Shown here in pieces: positions 33,101 to 45,505 of a DNA stretch of 64,000 nucleotides. The DNA comes from Podarcis muralis (lineage: Eukaryota). Both the position numbers and the translations under genes were made by a program. The stretch spans positions 1,736,001 to 1,800,000 of the forward strand of contig NC_135658.1 of assembly GCF_964188315.1 (NCBI RefSeq). Reading direction: 5' to 3'. The notes beneath the pieces were generated by a model that did no database searches, was not told where the DNA came from, and worked only from the letters and a program-made list of their open reading frames with translations. How positions within the stretch are numbered: the first letter of the stretch is position 1; each line of letters opens with the position of its first letter.

Positions 33101-34290
33101 ATAAGCAGAGTTGTGTTGGATCAGGCCAATAGCTCATCTGGTCCAGCATCCTTTTCTGTGGAAAATAAGCGCAGCCTTACTGCCTGTGGCACACTCACGT
33201 GTGCTCTGACCTGTTGTGCAACTTGAGGATTGACGCCACATGGCTGCCTACAGTCCAAAGCGAAAAAGCAGATTAAGAAGACCAATCTGGTACCCAGGAA
33301 TTATCTACTGGAAGAGAAAGCGGTGGTGCTCCCAGGAAAGGCCACTCCAGTTTATCAAAAGCCTCCTTCAAGCATAGCTTGGGTCTGCTGGCACTGCCTT
33401 TGATGGAGCATCACAGGAGCCCAGCTGGAGGCCCAGACACCTTCCTGTGAATCGTTGGGGGCTTTCTGTGCAGAGGTGCCGACATGAGCGGGACTTGCCC
33501 ACAGGATATGGCCACCCCCCTTTCATGGGAAGATGTTCAAAGCGCAGACCCTGGCTGGCGCTGAGCTCCCCACCCAGTCCCGAGACCCCACAGAGTGTCT
33601 GCACAAACAGGAAGTTTTGAAGCGTGGAAAAGGCACCAGCAAACTAAGACATCTGAGGGAGCTAAGCTTCTCACTTCAGCAGCTTTGTGTGTCCACCCAC
33701 ACAGCCACCCAAAGGGATGTGGGCAAGAGGAACTGAAGCCTTTGCCCACTAGGCCCACTGAAACTCTTGATCCTGGGTATCTTAATGCTCTGTGCCAGAA
33801 AGATATAAGCCAACCAGAAGGAGAGAGAAAGAGAAGGCTAGCGGCAGCTCCAGAGCTTTGGCTGAGACCAGCACAACAGCTTCCCAGTTGGAGTCCTGAA
33901 GTGCTGGAGGACATCCTGGGTCAAGGCAACTCCTCTGCCAAAAATCCCTCCAGCATTGTCAACGAAGTTCCAGGAGGCCAACAGGAGACCAAGAGGGGCT
34001 AAGGGCTCTCTGGACAGCTAGGGAGGACCCAGCTAGGGTGGACTCCTCTGTTCCCCCTAAGGCCAAGGGAGCCAGAAAGGGCCCCGCAACACACACCTAC
34101 TTCCTCGGTGGCTTTCAGGCATCTGCTGAGGATGGTTTTTAATGTAATGTCTTCCTTCCCCGACTCTTATAAGCACCCCTAAGAAAACCCAGCCTGAGTA
34201 AAGGAGCACTGAGGCAAGGCCATTGTAATATCCACCATGCTGACTTTAGTGTATCAGGTGACCCTACAAGAGGCAAAGGTAAATCTGTTG

Positions 34291-36132
34291 CTAGGATGCA
34301 CGAGAGTTCGTAAGCTTCTCAACCGCTGCACCAATATCTCCATCTGTGTCAATTAAAGCTTGCAGGTTCAGTTCCTGGTTCTGGAAGCCCATCATCTGGA
34401 GCTGCTGCAGCTGCATCTGATAGAGGACCACTGGAGCTTGCTGATCCATTTCTTCGTCTTCCTCCTCCTCCTCCTCTCTTCCTCCTCTTCTTCTTCTTTT
34501 TCGTCGTCCCCGTCTTCTTTCTTCTGCTTTGGACTCACTGCTTTCTAACTCCAGGCTTTCGTCAGCCGAGATGAGGCTCCCTGCTTCCGAGGACGGGCTC
34601 TCTCCCTCGTCAGAGTCTTCCATGCTCTCGGGCTCAACGTCCGGGTCCGTCAAGGCTTGGAGGAAATCGGGCACTTCTCTTGTCAGGGTCAGCAGGCTCA
34701 TCTGCAGCTGGAGGAGAGCCTGGACCGCTCTGGGGTTGGTCAGCAGTGCAGCGGCCTCTGACCTCTCCAGTTTTGCAGGGAGCTGCTGCACCCACCCTTG
34801 AGGCAGAGAAGCATCGTTACTCTCGGGGGAGTTGCAATGGCTGAGGAATAACTGGGTAGGCCCATCGGGTTTCGAGAGGGCATTGGACATGTTCTGCATG
34901 AACTCCAGGTTCTCTGTGAGTTGGTGAACCATGTTCTGGATGCTTTCGGACTTGCTCAGCTCAGGCCGGACTCCCGGGCCTAAAGCAAGCAGAATGTAGC
35001 CCTGACCAGCATCATTATTGGTACCATTGAGGTCACTGTTGCAGAAATTGTCGCCACCACTGTTGTTGGGCTGAGGAGCCCAGGGATTTGGCAGGGGCTC
35101 TCTGTTTTCTGTCCTGGCCAGAGGGCTGATCCCCCCAGAAGGGGGCTTGTTCTCTGACGGGGCAAACGTGTTGCCCTGGAACTGGGCTTGGACTGCGTTC
35201 AGCATGGGGGCCTCTATGTCGTTGTAGAGCTGCTGCAAGGCACTGTACCCACCTGGGATGCTTTCGAGGTTGCTCAGGGCTCGGTCGTGGTTCCTGATGA
35301 TCTCGTCCATCACCGCCGGGCTGGTGGCCACGTCGATCATCTCCCGCAGGAACTCGGAGTTGTTGAGGATGTGGTTGATCTCAGGGTTCTGCTCAGCCAG
35401 CTGCTGCATCTGCGGGACGGACATGATCATCTGCCTGACCTGCTCGGTGTCGCCAAAGAGGTTCTGCACGAAAGGGTGCTGCATCACCTCGCTGATGAGC
35501 TCCTGCCGGGTCATGTCCTGTTCGTGGGCCTCGCCCACAATGTCAGACACGTCCATGGAGCTCAGGCCCAGAACGTTCATGCCGGTGACGCCAATGAGGA
35601 AGCCCAAGAGAAGCGGGTTGTTGTTCAAGGTGGAAGCATCCAGGTTCAGAGTGACCATCTGAAGCAAGAGGTTCTCCATGATCTGCGCGACCAGCTTGTG
35701 GCATGAAGCCATCAGCTCTTCCGGCTGGTTGCTCCACTCGGACAGGTCAAGGCTGTGCTCCGAGGAGGCCTCGCTGGAGAGCAACATGCTTGTGGGTGGC
35801 ACAGGCAGGAAGGAAGTGGGGCCAGTGTTTCCCGGGGAGGGCACAGGGTTCCCCGACAGCCTCCTTTGCGACTTGACGAAGAGGTGCACTTTGGACCCAC
35901 TGACAATCTTGTGCTGCGCCAGAGTGTCCTGGTCCTTGAGGATCTCGCCGGCAAAGATCAGCGACAGCTGCTCCAGGGGCATCTTGAAGCGCTCAGAGAT
36001 GAGCTTTTTGAAGTCCTGCACCAGGGTGCTCTCAGCCACCTCAAAGTGCTCCTTGCGCTTGAGGGTCTTGACGGTCACCTTGATGACGCGGGTGCCGGCG
36101 GCAGCCCCGTGGGGCTTCTTGCTCTCGGACAT
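34291..36132 (-). CDS. Intronless ubiquilin A (UBL-STI1-STI1-UBA), 613 aa
   Basis: UBL (IKVTVKT...[14 protein letters not shown]), STI1 region ([39 protein letters not shown]), C-terminal UBA ([29 protein letters not shown]). Confidence 0.93.
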   Translation of the reverse strand: MSESKKPHGAAAGTRVIKVTVKTLKRKEHFEVAESTLVQDFKKLISERFKMPLEQLSLIFAGEILKDQDTLAQHKIVSGSKVHLFVKSQRRLSGNPVPSPGNTGPTSFLPVPPTSMLLSSEASSEHSLDLSEWSNQPEELMASCHKLVAQIMENLLLQMVTLNLDASTLNNNPLLLGFLIGVTGMNVLGLSSMDVSDIVGEAHEQDMTRQELISEVMQHPFVQNLFGDTEQVRQMIMSVPQMQQLAEQNPEINHILNNSEFLREMIDVATSPAVMDEIIRNHDRALSNLESIPGGYSALQQLYNDIEAPMLNAVQAQFQGNTFAPSENKPPSGGISPLARTENREPLPNPWAPQPNNSGGDNFCNSDLNGTNNDAGQGYILLALGPGVRPELSKSESIQNMVHQLTENLEFMQNMSNALSKPDGPTQLFLSHCNSPESNDASLPQGWVQQLPAKLERSEAAALLTNPRAVQALLQLQMSLLTLTREVPDFLQALTDPDVEPESMEDSDEGESPSSEAGSLISADESLELESSESKAEERRRGRRKRRRRGGREEEEEEDEEMDQQAPVVLYQMQLQQLQMMGFQNQELNLQALIDTDGDIGAAVEKLTNSRAS

Positions 36133-36451
36133 GGCTGCTGAGGAGCAGAGGTTCAGGGAGAAGGAGGAAAGCGGGGCGTCTTCCTTTCCTTCCGGTGTGG
36201 CGGCGATGCTGCTGCTGCTGCTGCCGCTGCCCCCGCCACTTGTTGCCGTAGAGGACGCGAGAGGTGGGAAGGGGCCAGTGGTCTGCTGCTGCCCCCCTTT
36301 GTCTCAACACTAGCCAAGGCCAGAGCGCACATAACAGCGAGATGTTGCCTTCCTTTTCCGCTTGCTCACAACCTGGCAGGCACCTTCATTTTCCTCTTCT
36401 CCCCTCTGCTGCTGCCAGAAGACATGGCCTCTCTGTGAAGCTGCCTGGACT

Positions 36452-36475
36452 GTGAGGTCACCGCTGACCTCACAG
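36452..36475. promoter_or_regulatory. Dual CRE-like motif upstream of ubiquilin A (core of a perfect 11-bp inverted repeat)
   Basis: GTGAGGTCACCGCTGACCTCACAG; related motifs at 43037 and 53417. Confidence 0.55.
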
Positions 36476-36603
36476 AGAACCGGGAGGGGAGGCCCTGGTG
36501 GGCAAGGCCTCCATGGGTGCCCCCCTCCCCAATAAAGGGGAGTGCAGTGGTGCACTTAACTGGAGTGACTTGGGGCGGGGGAGCGTGCTTTCGTTGCTAA
36601 ATG

Positions 36604-37010
36604 CTTTCTTTTTTAAAAAAATTATTGGGAATTTTATTTACAATACAACATAAACCCCCCACCCCCCAATACAGAAATCCACCCTCATTAAACGTGAACA
36701 TAAGATACAATAAGCATAGCATACAACAATACAAACAACCAAATAAAAGATTTCCTTTATCCTGTATTTACTTCTTATAAGCTGTTTCCTTTATGAATAG
36801 TTATTAAGATTTTTCTAATTATAACTTAAATATCCACAAAGTCTCCTGCAAGAGATAGGAGTCCAGGTATGTATTTTAGGGCACTGTTTTGTGAAGTATT
36901 CTCTGCATTTCCCCCATGCTTTTCGAAACTCTTGTCTAGTGTGGTCTCTCATTGCCTCTGTTAATCTAGCCAGTTCAATAGACTCTAATAGACTTCTTCA
37001 CGCAGAACAG
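36604..37010 (-). mobile_element. L1 3' end
   Basis: Minus frame SIELARLTEAMRDHTRQEFRKAWGKCREYF, then 3' UTR with AATAAA. Confidence 0.7.
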
Positions 37011-37845
37011 ATTGAAACTGTGGAACTCATTGCCACAAGAGGCAGTGACGGCCACCAAGCTGGGTGGCTTTAAAAGAGGATTGGATGAATTCGTGGAGGA
37101 GTTGAGGGCTATCAGTGGTGACCAGCCAAGGTGGCTGTGCTCTGTCCTCCACATTTGAAGGCAGAAATGGTTCTGGATCCCAGTTGTTGGAAGCCACAGG
37201 AGGGGAGATGGTTGCTGCTCTTGTGCTGGAGTTCTACTTGCAGGTTTTCCACGGGGCTCTGGGGGGGGGCACTGTGAGAATGGGATGCTTTGAGGACACT
37301 GTGAGAAGAGCAGCCCTCCTCTTCTGTTCTTGGGAATTTGCTTATTGGGCCAGGCAACCTCTGCTAGGCTAGTTGGATTGCTTGCTTTTACTTACATTCC
37401 GCTTGGCCTTTGGCTTGGAATCAATTTGATTCCCTCCTCCTCTTTCTTTTTTCCTTTCTCCTGTGTTGGAACTCCTCTGTGTTGGAACTCCTGTTTGGGG
37501 ACTTCCCTGGCTTTCTTCTGGCCCATGTAGGACCAGTCTGGATAGTTAGCCTTGGTGAAGACTTGACGTTTTTATCCCCCCAAATGTTTTTGATTGAGTT
37601 TCCACTGAAATGAGGCTGTATTTTAATGTTTTAATGTATTTTAATCTTGTTTTTTAAGATGTATTTCATTCAATTGTTTTTATATTTGGTGTTAGCCGCC
37701 CTGAGCCTGGTCTTGGCTGGGGAGGGCGGGGTATAAATAATTTATTATTATTATTATTATTACACGCCGCTTTCCCACGATGTGTTGTGCCCAAAGGGGC
37801 TGACAGAAAGCACCCCTAACTTCAAAATAGAGAACACTGGGAATA

Positions 37846-38132
37846 GAAGAAGAAGAAGAAGAAGAAGAAGAAGAAGAAGAAGAAGAAGAAGAAGAAGAGT
37901 TTGGATTTGATATCCCGCTTTATCACTACCCGAAGGAGTCTCAAAGCGGCTAACATTCTCCTTTTCCTTCCTCCCCCACAACAAACCCTCTGTGAGGTGA
38001 GTGGGGCTGAGAGACTTCAGAGAAGTGTGACTGGCCCAAGGTCACCCAGCAGCTGCAGGTGGAGGAGCGGGGAATCAAACCCGGTTCCCCAGATTACGAG
38101 ACTACCGCTCTTAACCACTACACCACACTGGC
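37846..38132 (-). mobile_element. Squam3-like SINE with (TTC)n tail
   Basis: Matches other copies. Confidence 0.88.
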
Positions 38133-38739
38133 ACCATACAAAGGTACGAAATGCAGAACACGCCAGTAAGTTCAAAATAACAAAAGTCAACTATTTAGCA
38201 AACACAGAATAAATTCAATTCAATTAAAACAAAACAAAACCCCAGCCCATTAGGCTTAAGGACACAAATACAAAGTGGAAAATGTAAATTAACCAACAAT
38301 AATGTTCCTGGTGCTGGCCTTGCTGCTCTGCAAGGAGCCTGGCTTAAATGCAGTTCAGAGGGGAGGGCATGCCGCTGGCTCCCATGTCTCTACTCCAGAG
38401 GAGGCTGGCAGCAGCAAAAGGTCAATCTCGGGGAGGACAACGATGGTCCGTGTCTGCCTCAGCCTCCTCAAAGTACCAACTGCTGGTGCAGGCCTAATTG
38501 CACTTACCTCCTCCACGTTCTGTTGAAGGGGGGGCACTGGATATCTGCCCCCAAAGTTCCACCCTATTGGCACCAAGTGGCTGAGGATTTAATACATTTA
38601 CACACAAGTTTTCAATAACAACCCTTCCCAAAGAGGTTAGCAACCTACACACCAGCAACACTCTCTGCAGATCCTGCATTTCAGAGATACCACAATGTCA
38701 CGTTCAGGGATCCCCTTCTTTCTTTGAATTCCAGGAAGA

Positions 38740-38853
38740 AGAGCCAGCGTGGTGTGGTGGTTAAGAGTGGTGGACTCGTAATCTGGTGAACCGGGTTCGC
38801 TTCCCCGCTCCTCCACATGCAGCTGCTGGGTGACCTTGGGCTAGTCACACTTC
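38740..38853 (+). mobile_element. Squam3-like SINE 5' fragment
   Basis: AGAGCCAGCGTGGTGTGGTGGTTAAGAG head. Confidence 0.8.
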
Positions 38854-39093
38854 TTGGGCTTCCCATCGGGGGCATTGGGTTGGCCAGTGTGAAAACAGGA
38901 CACCAAGCTAGATGAACCCTCTTTGGCCTGATCCAGCAAGCGTTGGCCTCTTGCATGATCAACAGCAGTGGGATTTACACCTAGGAAAGGTCAAGACTCC
39001 CAATAGTTTGGAAGTCAGTTCTAATGGAAGTGTCAGGGTTGGGTAGCACCAGGAGCCAACTGTCCGCAAGAAGTCCTGGAGAAGATAGGCATT

Positions 39094-39305
39094 TATTTAT
39101 TTATTTATTTATACATACATACATACATACATACCCCACCCATCTGGCTGGGTTTCCCCAGCCACTCTGGGCGGCTTTCAACAGAACTTTAAAAACAGAA
39201 TAAAACTTCCAACATTAAAAACTTCCCTAAACAGGGCTACCTTCAGATGTCTTCTAAAAGCCAGAGAGTTGTTTATTTCCTTGACATCCGATGCGAGGGC
39301 ATTCC
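39094..39305 (-). mobile_element. L2-like LINE 3' end
   Basis: Same family as 25046-25460. Confidence 0.55.
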
Positions 39306-39538
39306 ATAGACAGATAGATAGATTTGGATTACATCATCCAAATATCTTTTTAAAGAAAGGTAAAAGTAAAGCAGGCGGATGGATGTAACTCGATGACTGT
39401 GAGCAGCTGTGTGAGATGGCAGATTGTGGGGACCTCACAAACAGCCACCTCTCCAACCTTTTTCCAATGCCAGGGTCTCTTTGGCAGTGTGACTGAGCAA
39501 ATGATGGACACTTTTAGACATCACTCTTCTCCACAGCA

Positions 39539-39885
39539 GGGACGTGGGTGGCGCTGTGGTCTAAACCACAGAGCCTAGGGCTTGCGGATCAGAAGATCGG
39601 CGGTTTGAATCCCCGCGACGGGGTGAGCTCCCGTTGCTCGGTCCCTGCTCCTGCCAACCTAGCAGTTCGAAAGCATGTCAAGTGCAAGTAGATAAATCGG
39701 TACCACTCTGGCGGGAAGGTAAACAGCATTTCCGTGCACTGCTCTGGTTCACCAGAAGCGGCTTCGTCATGCTGGCCACATGACCCGGAAGCTGTACGCC
39801 GGCTCCCTCGGCCAATAAAGTGACATGAGCGCCGCAACCCCAGAGTCAGCCACGACTGGACCTAACAGTCAGGGGTCCCTTTACC
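39539..39885 (+). mobile_element. Sauria SINE, full length
   Basis: TSD CTTCTCCACAGCAG flanking. Confidence 0.92.
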
Positions 39886-40523
39886 TTCTCCACAGCAGCC
39901 TTGCAGAGCAGGCCTGGAACACAGGGAATCCCACAAGCAATGATGTGAGGATGAGTGGGTGGTTTGGCTCCAGTGTGGACCTGGTTGTAGCATGAGGTGG
40001 TCTAGGCAGCAGCCGACTTCATCTGAAGCACAGAGCAGCTGGTTCTTGCTAGATGCCCAGAAAGAAGATGGGAACCATGTTGAAATAAACCAGCCAGGCT
40101 GCTTCCACAGACGGCACACTTATTGTGGCATGGCCACCCCTTTGCTTGTTTGCTTTTTTGTGGCATCTGCACAGCATCAGGAGGAAAACATCCTCCTCCC
40201 AGGTTTTCCCTTTTTGGCTCCCATCCCCTCTAGAGCTCACAAGATCCACCTTTTAAAGGTGCAATGTTTCAGAGAGTGGATGGCCCATGGCATTGCTTTT
40301 TAGCCTGTTAAGAACTATATAGTCATTTCCCAAATTGGTCTCTGTGTTCCCCTCTTCATGGCCTGCCTCTCCTCTGTAGGAATTGGCTCTGTCACCCCAA
40401 CTCTTCCCTTTCCAAATATCATTGTGACCATATCGCTCCTTCCTCCTTTGCTCCCTCACTCCTAAATTGTCGGCAAGTGGGGGCAATGGCGAGGGAGGGT
40501 GTGCTTAACCCTTTCTCCTCTCA

Positions 40524-41010
40524 GGAGAACCAGGGTGGTGCAGTGGTTAGAGTGCTGGTCTAGGACCTGGGAGAGCAGGGTTCAAATCCCCCCACTCTGC
40601 CATGAACTTCACCGGGAGGTGAGAGCCCCTGCCTCTCAGCCTAACTTACCTCACAGGCTTGTTGTGGGGATTAAATGAAGAAGAAGAAGAAGAAGAAGAA
40701 GAAGAAGAAGAAGAAGAAGAAGAAGAGGAAGAGGAGTTTGGATTTGACATCCCGCTTTATCCCTACCCGAAGGAGTCTCAAAGTGGCTAACATTCTCCTT
40801 TCCCTTCCTCCCCCACAACAAACCCTCTGTGAGGTGAGTGGGGCTGAGATACCTCAAAGAAGTGTGACTGGCCCAAAGTCACCCAGCAGCTGCAGGTGGA
40901 GGAGCGGGGAAGCGAACCTGGTTCCCCAGATTACGAGTCCACTACTCTTAACTGGGAGAACCATGTGCACCACCTTGAATTCTGCAGAGAAAAAAGATGG
41001 GATGCAAATG
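40524..41010 (+). mobile_element. tRNA-derived SINE interrupted by an antisense Squam3-like SINE (40677-40952)
   Basis: A/B boxes at 40531-40590; inner copy has a long (TTC)n tail in the opposite orientation. Confidence 0.75.
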
Positions 41011-41334
41011 CAGCAAATTAATTGATTAATGGTTCCAAATAAAATAAAAAAATAGGAGAGCAGTGAGACTGTTGGCTTTTGTTTATTACATTGCGTGGAC
41101 ATTAAAGTCAACCCATTTCAGAAGCCCCAGCCTACCAGAGGAGACCTTTTCATCGCCCTCACAGTCAGAACAGCCTCCGGCGGCCCCCCAACTGTTCAGC
41201 AAGAAGGGGACCCCTTCCCTCTAAGCCTCCTCCTCTTGTCCGTGGGCAAAGGGTCTGTCTGGGCTTTGTGGTGGCGCAACAAGTTTATTCTTGGGAGGGA
41301 GAAGATTTGAAGCTTGCCCAGGAGTTGGGTGGTC

Positions 41335-42732
41335 TTACTCAGAAGTGGCCGACCCTGGGCAGGGGTAGCCATTGACCCAGGGGCTCACCCCCGTGGAGTA
41401 GCCTCTCAAGCGCAGCATGAACCAGGGAACCAGCACAGGCGCCTCGGCCATCAGCGCCTGGAGCCCTTGTTCCATCTGCACCCAGGCCTGGATGGCTTTG
41501 GGGTTGGACATGGCGGCCACCATCTCTGGGCTCTGCATCTGCTGGGAGAAGTGGAGGACCTGCTGCTGCGCCTGCTCCTGTTGGGCCACTGGAGGCCTTT
41601 CTGCGGCCCGCAGGACGCTCTGCATGAGGGAGAAGATCATGCGCTTGGTGTAAGCGTTGCAGAGGTTGACAATCAGCTTCGGGATCTCGCTGGCATCTGG
41701 TGGTGGGAGGCTGCCCAGGCCAAACGCCCCAGCCCCGGACATGGGCGGCAGGTTGGGCATGGAGGAGCTTTGCCCTGGAGGGGGAGCCAGGCTGCTGAAG
41801 GCTGTGCTCTCCTCGCTGCAGGTGCTGTGGGTGCTGTGGGAGCTGTGGCAAAGGGGCAGAGAGCCCACACGATCCAGGCTCTCCAGCTGGGACCCATGGC
41901 TCCTCCCCAGGGTGGAGGCGAAGAGCTCCTGGATGGCGTTCAGCCCTGGTTCTGGTAGCTCACTGTTCAGCTGCCTCAGGGGGTTGTCCCCTCCAGGGAT
42001 GCTGCCGTGGAGGCTGATCAAGGCTTGGTCCGGAGCCTTCAGGTCCTGGAACATCTCTGGGTTCTTTGCCAGGTCCACAATCTCCCTCATCTTGTCCAGG
42101 ATCACCCTCATGATGTCCATATTGTCGAGTATGTGTCTGATGGCCGGGACCTGCTGGGCCAGCTGCTGGATCTCTGGGTTGGCCAGGATCACCTGCCGGA
42201 CCTTCTCGACAATCATCTCCGAGGTGGGCACCAGCTGCCACTCAGAGCTGGAGGGGGCTGCCTCAGGGGACCCCCAGAAGCCCCGCAGGCTCGAGCTGAA
42301 AGCTGGGGAGGGAAGGCTGCCCCCAGATGGTGTCAGGGCAGGTGGCCTGGTCTCGGGAACATAGGGAGACTGAGGAGGGTCTTCCAGGTCCCTTTTGAGA
42401 GTCCTGATCACCAGGTGTACAGTCATCCCGTCCGTGATCCCGCACTGGCGGAGCGTGTCCTTGTCCTTCAGGATCCTCCCAAAGTAGACCAGCACCAGCT
42501 GGCTGGTGTCGCAGGAGAAGTGCTTGGCAAGCTCCTCCTTGAACTGCTGGATGGTGCTGAGCTCTGGGAGCAGGAACTGGGCGCTGCTCTTGGGGGACTT
42601 TGCCGTGATGCAGATGAAGTTGGGGTTGGAGGCGAGGATGGGGCAGGCCTCTGGGGGCCCTTCCGGGTCTTTGTCCATGGTTTCCATGATGCACGGAGGA
42701 GGAAGAGGAGGAGGAGGAAGAGGGGCTTGCAT
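41335..42732 (-). CDS. Intronless ubiquilin B (UBL plus STI1, no UBA; UBQLNL-like architecture), 465 aa; alternative start at 42687
   Basis: UBL (LVLVYFGRILKDKDTL..TVHLVIR), STI1-like ANPEIQQL..NPEM, MSNPKAIQAWVQMEQGLQAL..EAP; no MGF/UBA. Confidence 0.88.
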   Translation of the reverse strand: MQAPLPPPPLPPPCIMETMDKDPEGPPEACPILASNPNFICITAKSPKSSAQFLLPELSTIQQFKEELAKHFSCDTSQLVLVYFGRILKDKDTLRQCGITDGMTVHLVIRTLKRDLEDPPQSPYVPETRPPALTPSGGSLPSPAFSSSLRGFWGSPEAAPSSSEWQLVPTSEMIVEKVRQVILANPEIQQLAQQVPAIRHILDNMDIMRVILDKMREIVDLAKNPEMFQDLKAPDQALISLHGSIPGGDNPLRQLNSELPEPGLNAIQELFASTLGRSHGSQLESLDRVGSLPLCHSSHSTHSTCSEESTAFSSLAPPPGQSSSMPNLPPMSGAGAFGLGSLPPPDASEIPKLIVNLCNAYTKRMIFSLMQSVLRAAERPPVAQQEQAQQQVLHFSQQMQSPEMVAAMSNPKAIQAWVQMEQGLQALMAEAPVLVPWFMLRLRGYSTGVSPWVNGYPCPGSATSE

Positions 42733-43036
42733 GGGAGAAGCGGGGCAGAGGCGTCTCGCTAGGCAGAGAAGGTGCCAGGGGAAGGACGGCGCTGCTTAAG
42801 TCACCTGGAGGACTGCGCTATGACAGCCACTGCGGTTGTGGTCCTTTAGGAGAGCAGCTGGCTGCCCCATACACTGGCGCTGGGGTGTGGCAAGCCTGAA
42901 GGCTCACGTGACAGCCCCCTCCCTGGACCTTCTTCTCTCCCCTCCCTCCCTCCCTCCCTCCTCCTGAGCGAAGGAGCTGCTCTCCACACCGCAGGCACAT
43001 CAAGGAGTGGGGGGGGGGGTCACTGTGACATCGCCA

Positions 43037-43060
43037 GTGATGTCAGCAATGATGTCGCCG
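43037..43060. promoter_or_regulatory. Dual CRE-like motif upstream of ubiquilin B
   Basis: GTGATGTCAGCAATGATGTCGCCG, 21/24 identical to 53417-53440. Confidence 0.6.
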
Positions 43061-43192
43061 CCACCCTCAAAGCTCTTGGTAGCTGGCAGAAGGAGCCTCC
43101 TGGAGGAATTGCAGCCCTCAGGTCCCCTCTGGAAGGGACAGGGCTGCTGCTCCGAGGCAAGGCCACCTGAGGCCAGGTCCTAGAGTTACCAC

Positions 43193-43500
43193 TTCATAGA
43201 ATTGAAGAGTTGGAAGGGATCCCCAAAGGTCCTCTATTCTGACCCCCTGCAATGCAGGAATCACAGCTAAGGAATCTCTGACAGATGGCCATCCAACCTC
43301 TGCTTATAGACCTCCATTGAAGGAGAGTCTGCCGCCTTCTGGATGAGTCTGCTCCATAGCTGTCAACTTTCCCCTTATTTAAAGGAAAATTCCCTTATTC
43401 CGAATAGGATTCCTTCCAAGAAAAGGGAAAAGTTGACAGCTATGGTCTGTTCCACCATCAAGCGGTTCAAGTTACAAAATACTTAGGCTCTCCTGGGGTG
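43193..43500 (-). mobile_element. CR1 3' end containing a second 90-bp hAT mini-MITE (43355-43444)
   Basis: CR1 tail in reverse; MITE TIR CATAGCTGTCAAC, TSD GTCTGCTC/GTCTGTTC. Confidence 0.75.
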
Positions 43501-43649
43501 TGTGCTGGAATCTTTTTGGGGCCTGGTGGGGAGCTTTTATCCTCCTAGGCTTTTCAGAAACTCATTTTTTCATGCATTTCAGCTTAAAAGACAGCAGCCC
43601 TCTTTTACTCTCCCCTTTGGATTTTAAAGCTTTTCATACTGATTTCTTT

Positions 43650-44200
43650 TTTAAAAAAAAAGAATACTTTATTTAGAATTCAACAATAATAAAGGGAAAA
43701 ACCACAGTAGTTGTTACATCAATTCATTACAATTAACCTGATTTTAACAATATACAAATAGTAATAGAAAAATTACACATCACTTTTAACTTACTGAAGT
43801 TTTCATATTACACTTTTTTCTCTTTATCTCCTTCTTAACAAATCAAAAAGAGAAAGGCTAAAAAAGGAGGCACAAAAAAAGAAAAGAGAAAAGGAAGAAG
43901 AAAAGGGGGGAAGGGGGAAGGGGAACAAAAGAAGGAAACAAAACAAATATATTTGACTTCCGAGTAGACTCATTGTATTATTATTTCTACTATTTTTTCA
44001 CACACAGTTCCAATATGATAGAATACTTTATAGTGATTTTATGCTGCTCTATGATAGCATTATATCGGTCACGCTTGGCGTGGATTGTTTTAGGGTTAGA
44101 ATTTGAATATTGCATTTCTATTGATTCCCCCCCCCCTTCCCGACAATGGGTGGTGATAACATTCCAAAGAAGGAGGGATAGTGAGCTAGATAAACAGAAT
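43650..44200 (-). mobile_element. Probable L1-type 3' end
   Basis: AATAAA on the minus strand with purine/pyrimidine-biased 3' UTR; no clear peptide match. Confidence 0.4.
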
Positions 44201-44428
44201 ACATTTCTCTCCTTTTCCAAACCGTTTCCTGTGCCTGACAAGCCGCAGAAAAGATTCCTGCACTGCAGGGGGTTGGAATAGACAACGTTTGTGGTCCCTT
44301 CCAACTCTACAATTCTATGGTTCCATGAGTTCCCTCATCCTAAACAATCCTTACCTTTCCACCTCTGGACAAGACCTTCCTCACTGCACTGCACCAAATA
44401 TCATATTACTGGCACAAAATAAATGTTA

Positions 44429-44484
<56 letters not shown>

Positions 44485-44909
44485 CACTTCTTCTTCTTCT
44501 TCTTCCTCTTCTTTGGTGGCCCCTCGTAGCCAAGTTAAAACATGGTTTTAACAATGAGTCTGTAAGTGTCTGTGGAGGCCAATTCTGGACCCACACATCC
44601 TTCCACAGGGGGGACATTGGTTTCCGGGCAGGAGTTGATCCCGGTGAGGGTTTGGCAAGCGTGCCTTCCTCTAAGCACATTTCTCCCTTGCGTCCTGAGT
44701 TCGAGCATCTTCAAAGTCCATGGCACCTTTGGTCAAGGCTGTCACAGGCCCGTGTTTTCCAGTTGTCAGTGTTTATATTACATTTTTTCCAGATTTGCCT
44801 TGAGGCAGTCTTTAAACCTTTTTTGTTGACCACCAGCATTACGCTTTCTGCTTTTAAGTTCGGAATAGAGTAGCTGCTTTGGAAGACGATCATCAGGCAT
44901 TTGCACTCG

Positions 44910-45150
44910 CTGGATCATCACCTTGTTGTGGTGAGTGGGCTTGCATTATCCTATGACCCTTGTGAGCGAAGCCATCGGGAATCTCGTACTCCCAGCAGGG
45001 TCACCCAAGGTGGTAAGGTCAAAGAGAAGGAGCTAGACAAAGAATGATCCAAGAAGTCCTCAAAGGCAGAACAGGTGGATGATAACAAGTGGTATGTTAC
45101 AATGGCTGTGAAGGCGGATGAAGGCTGCAGCAGATAGGAATCTACTGGTT
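44910..45150 (+). mobile_element. RTE-like LINE 5' leader remnant
   Basis: ACCTTGTTGTGGTG..GGGCTTGC..CAGGGTCACCCAAG resembles RTE/BovB 5' ends (from memory). Confidence 0.4.
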
Positions 45151-45505
45151 TGTCGTGACTACTTCATACCATCGGAAAAGAGCCCTACTGTGAAGACTGT
45201 GCGTTGGTCAGCGTGCACTGATCTACACACATAAAACAAATTCACCCACAGGCGTCTTCCAAAACACACACACACACACACACCTAGGAGCTCATCTGTA
45301 CAATTCTTGATGCATTCTGCAGAAGGCACATGCAGAAGACGACGGTAGGGGCAATCTTTTCTGGAAGATATTTGTATTTTGAGGAGTTTAGTGATCTGAC
45401 ATGGTCGTCTCTTCCTGCCTCTCTTTACCTCCCCTCTCTGTCTCTTGTTCTGCTCTTTGATGGCTGAGAATAGCCTTTTAATGCCCTGGTTTGTGGAAGG
45501 AAGTA

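Noticed and set aside
35188-36313. Several long + strand ORFs over ubiquilin A (likewise over B, C and the OR52s)
   Set aside because: Antisense shadows of GC-rich coding sequence
41100-41334. Frameshifted UBA remnant downstream of ubiquilin B (also checked after C, about 51600-51720)
   Set aside because: No MGF or NLQAL-like motif seen in the frames read; poly(A) signals at 41284-41289 and 41082-41087 follow instead
44910-45150. HDV-like ribozyme in the RTE-like leader
   Set aside because: Helices found (CACCTTG/CAAGGTG, TGACCCT/AGGGTCA) are nested, not the double pseudoknot; no clear P1.1 or J4/2
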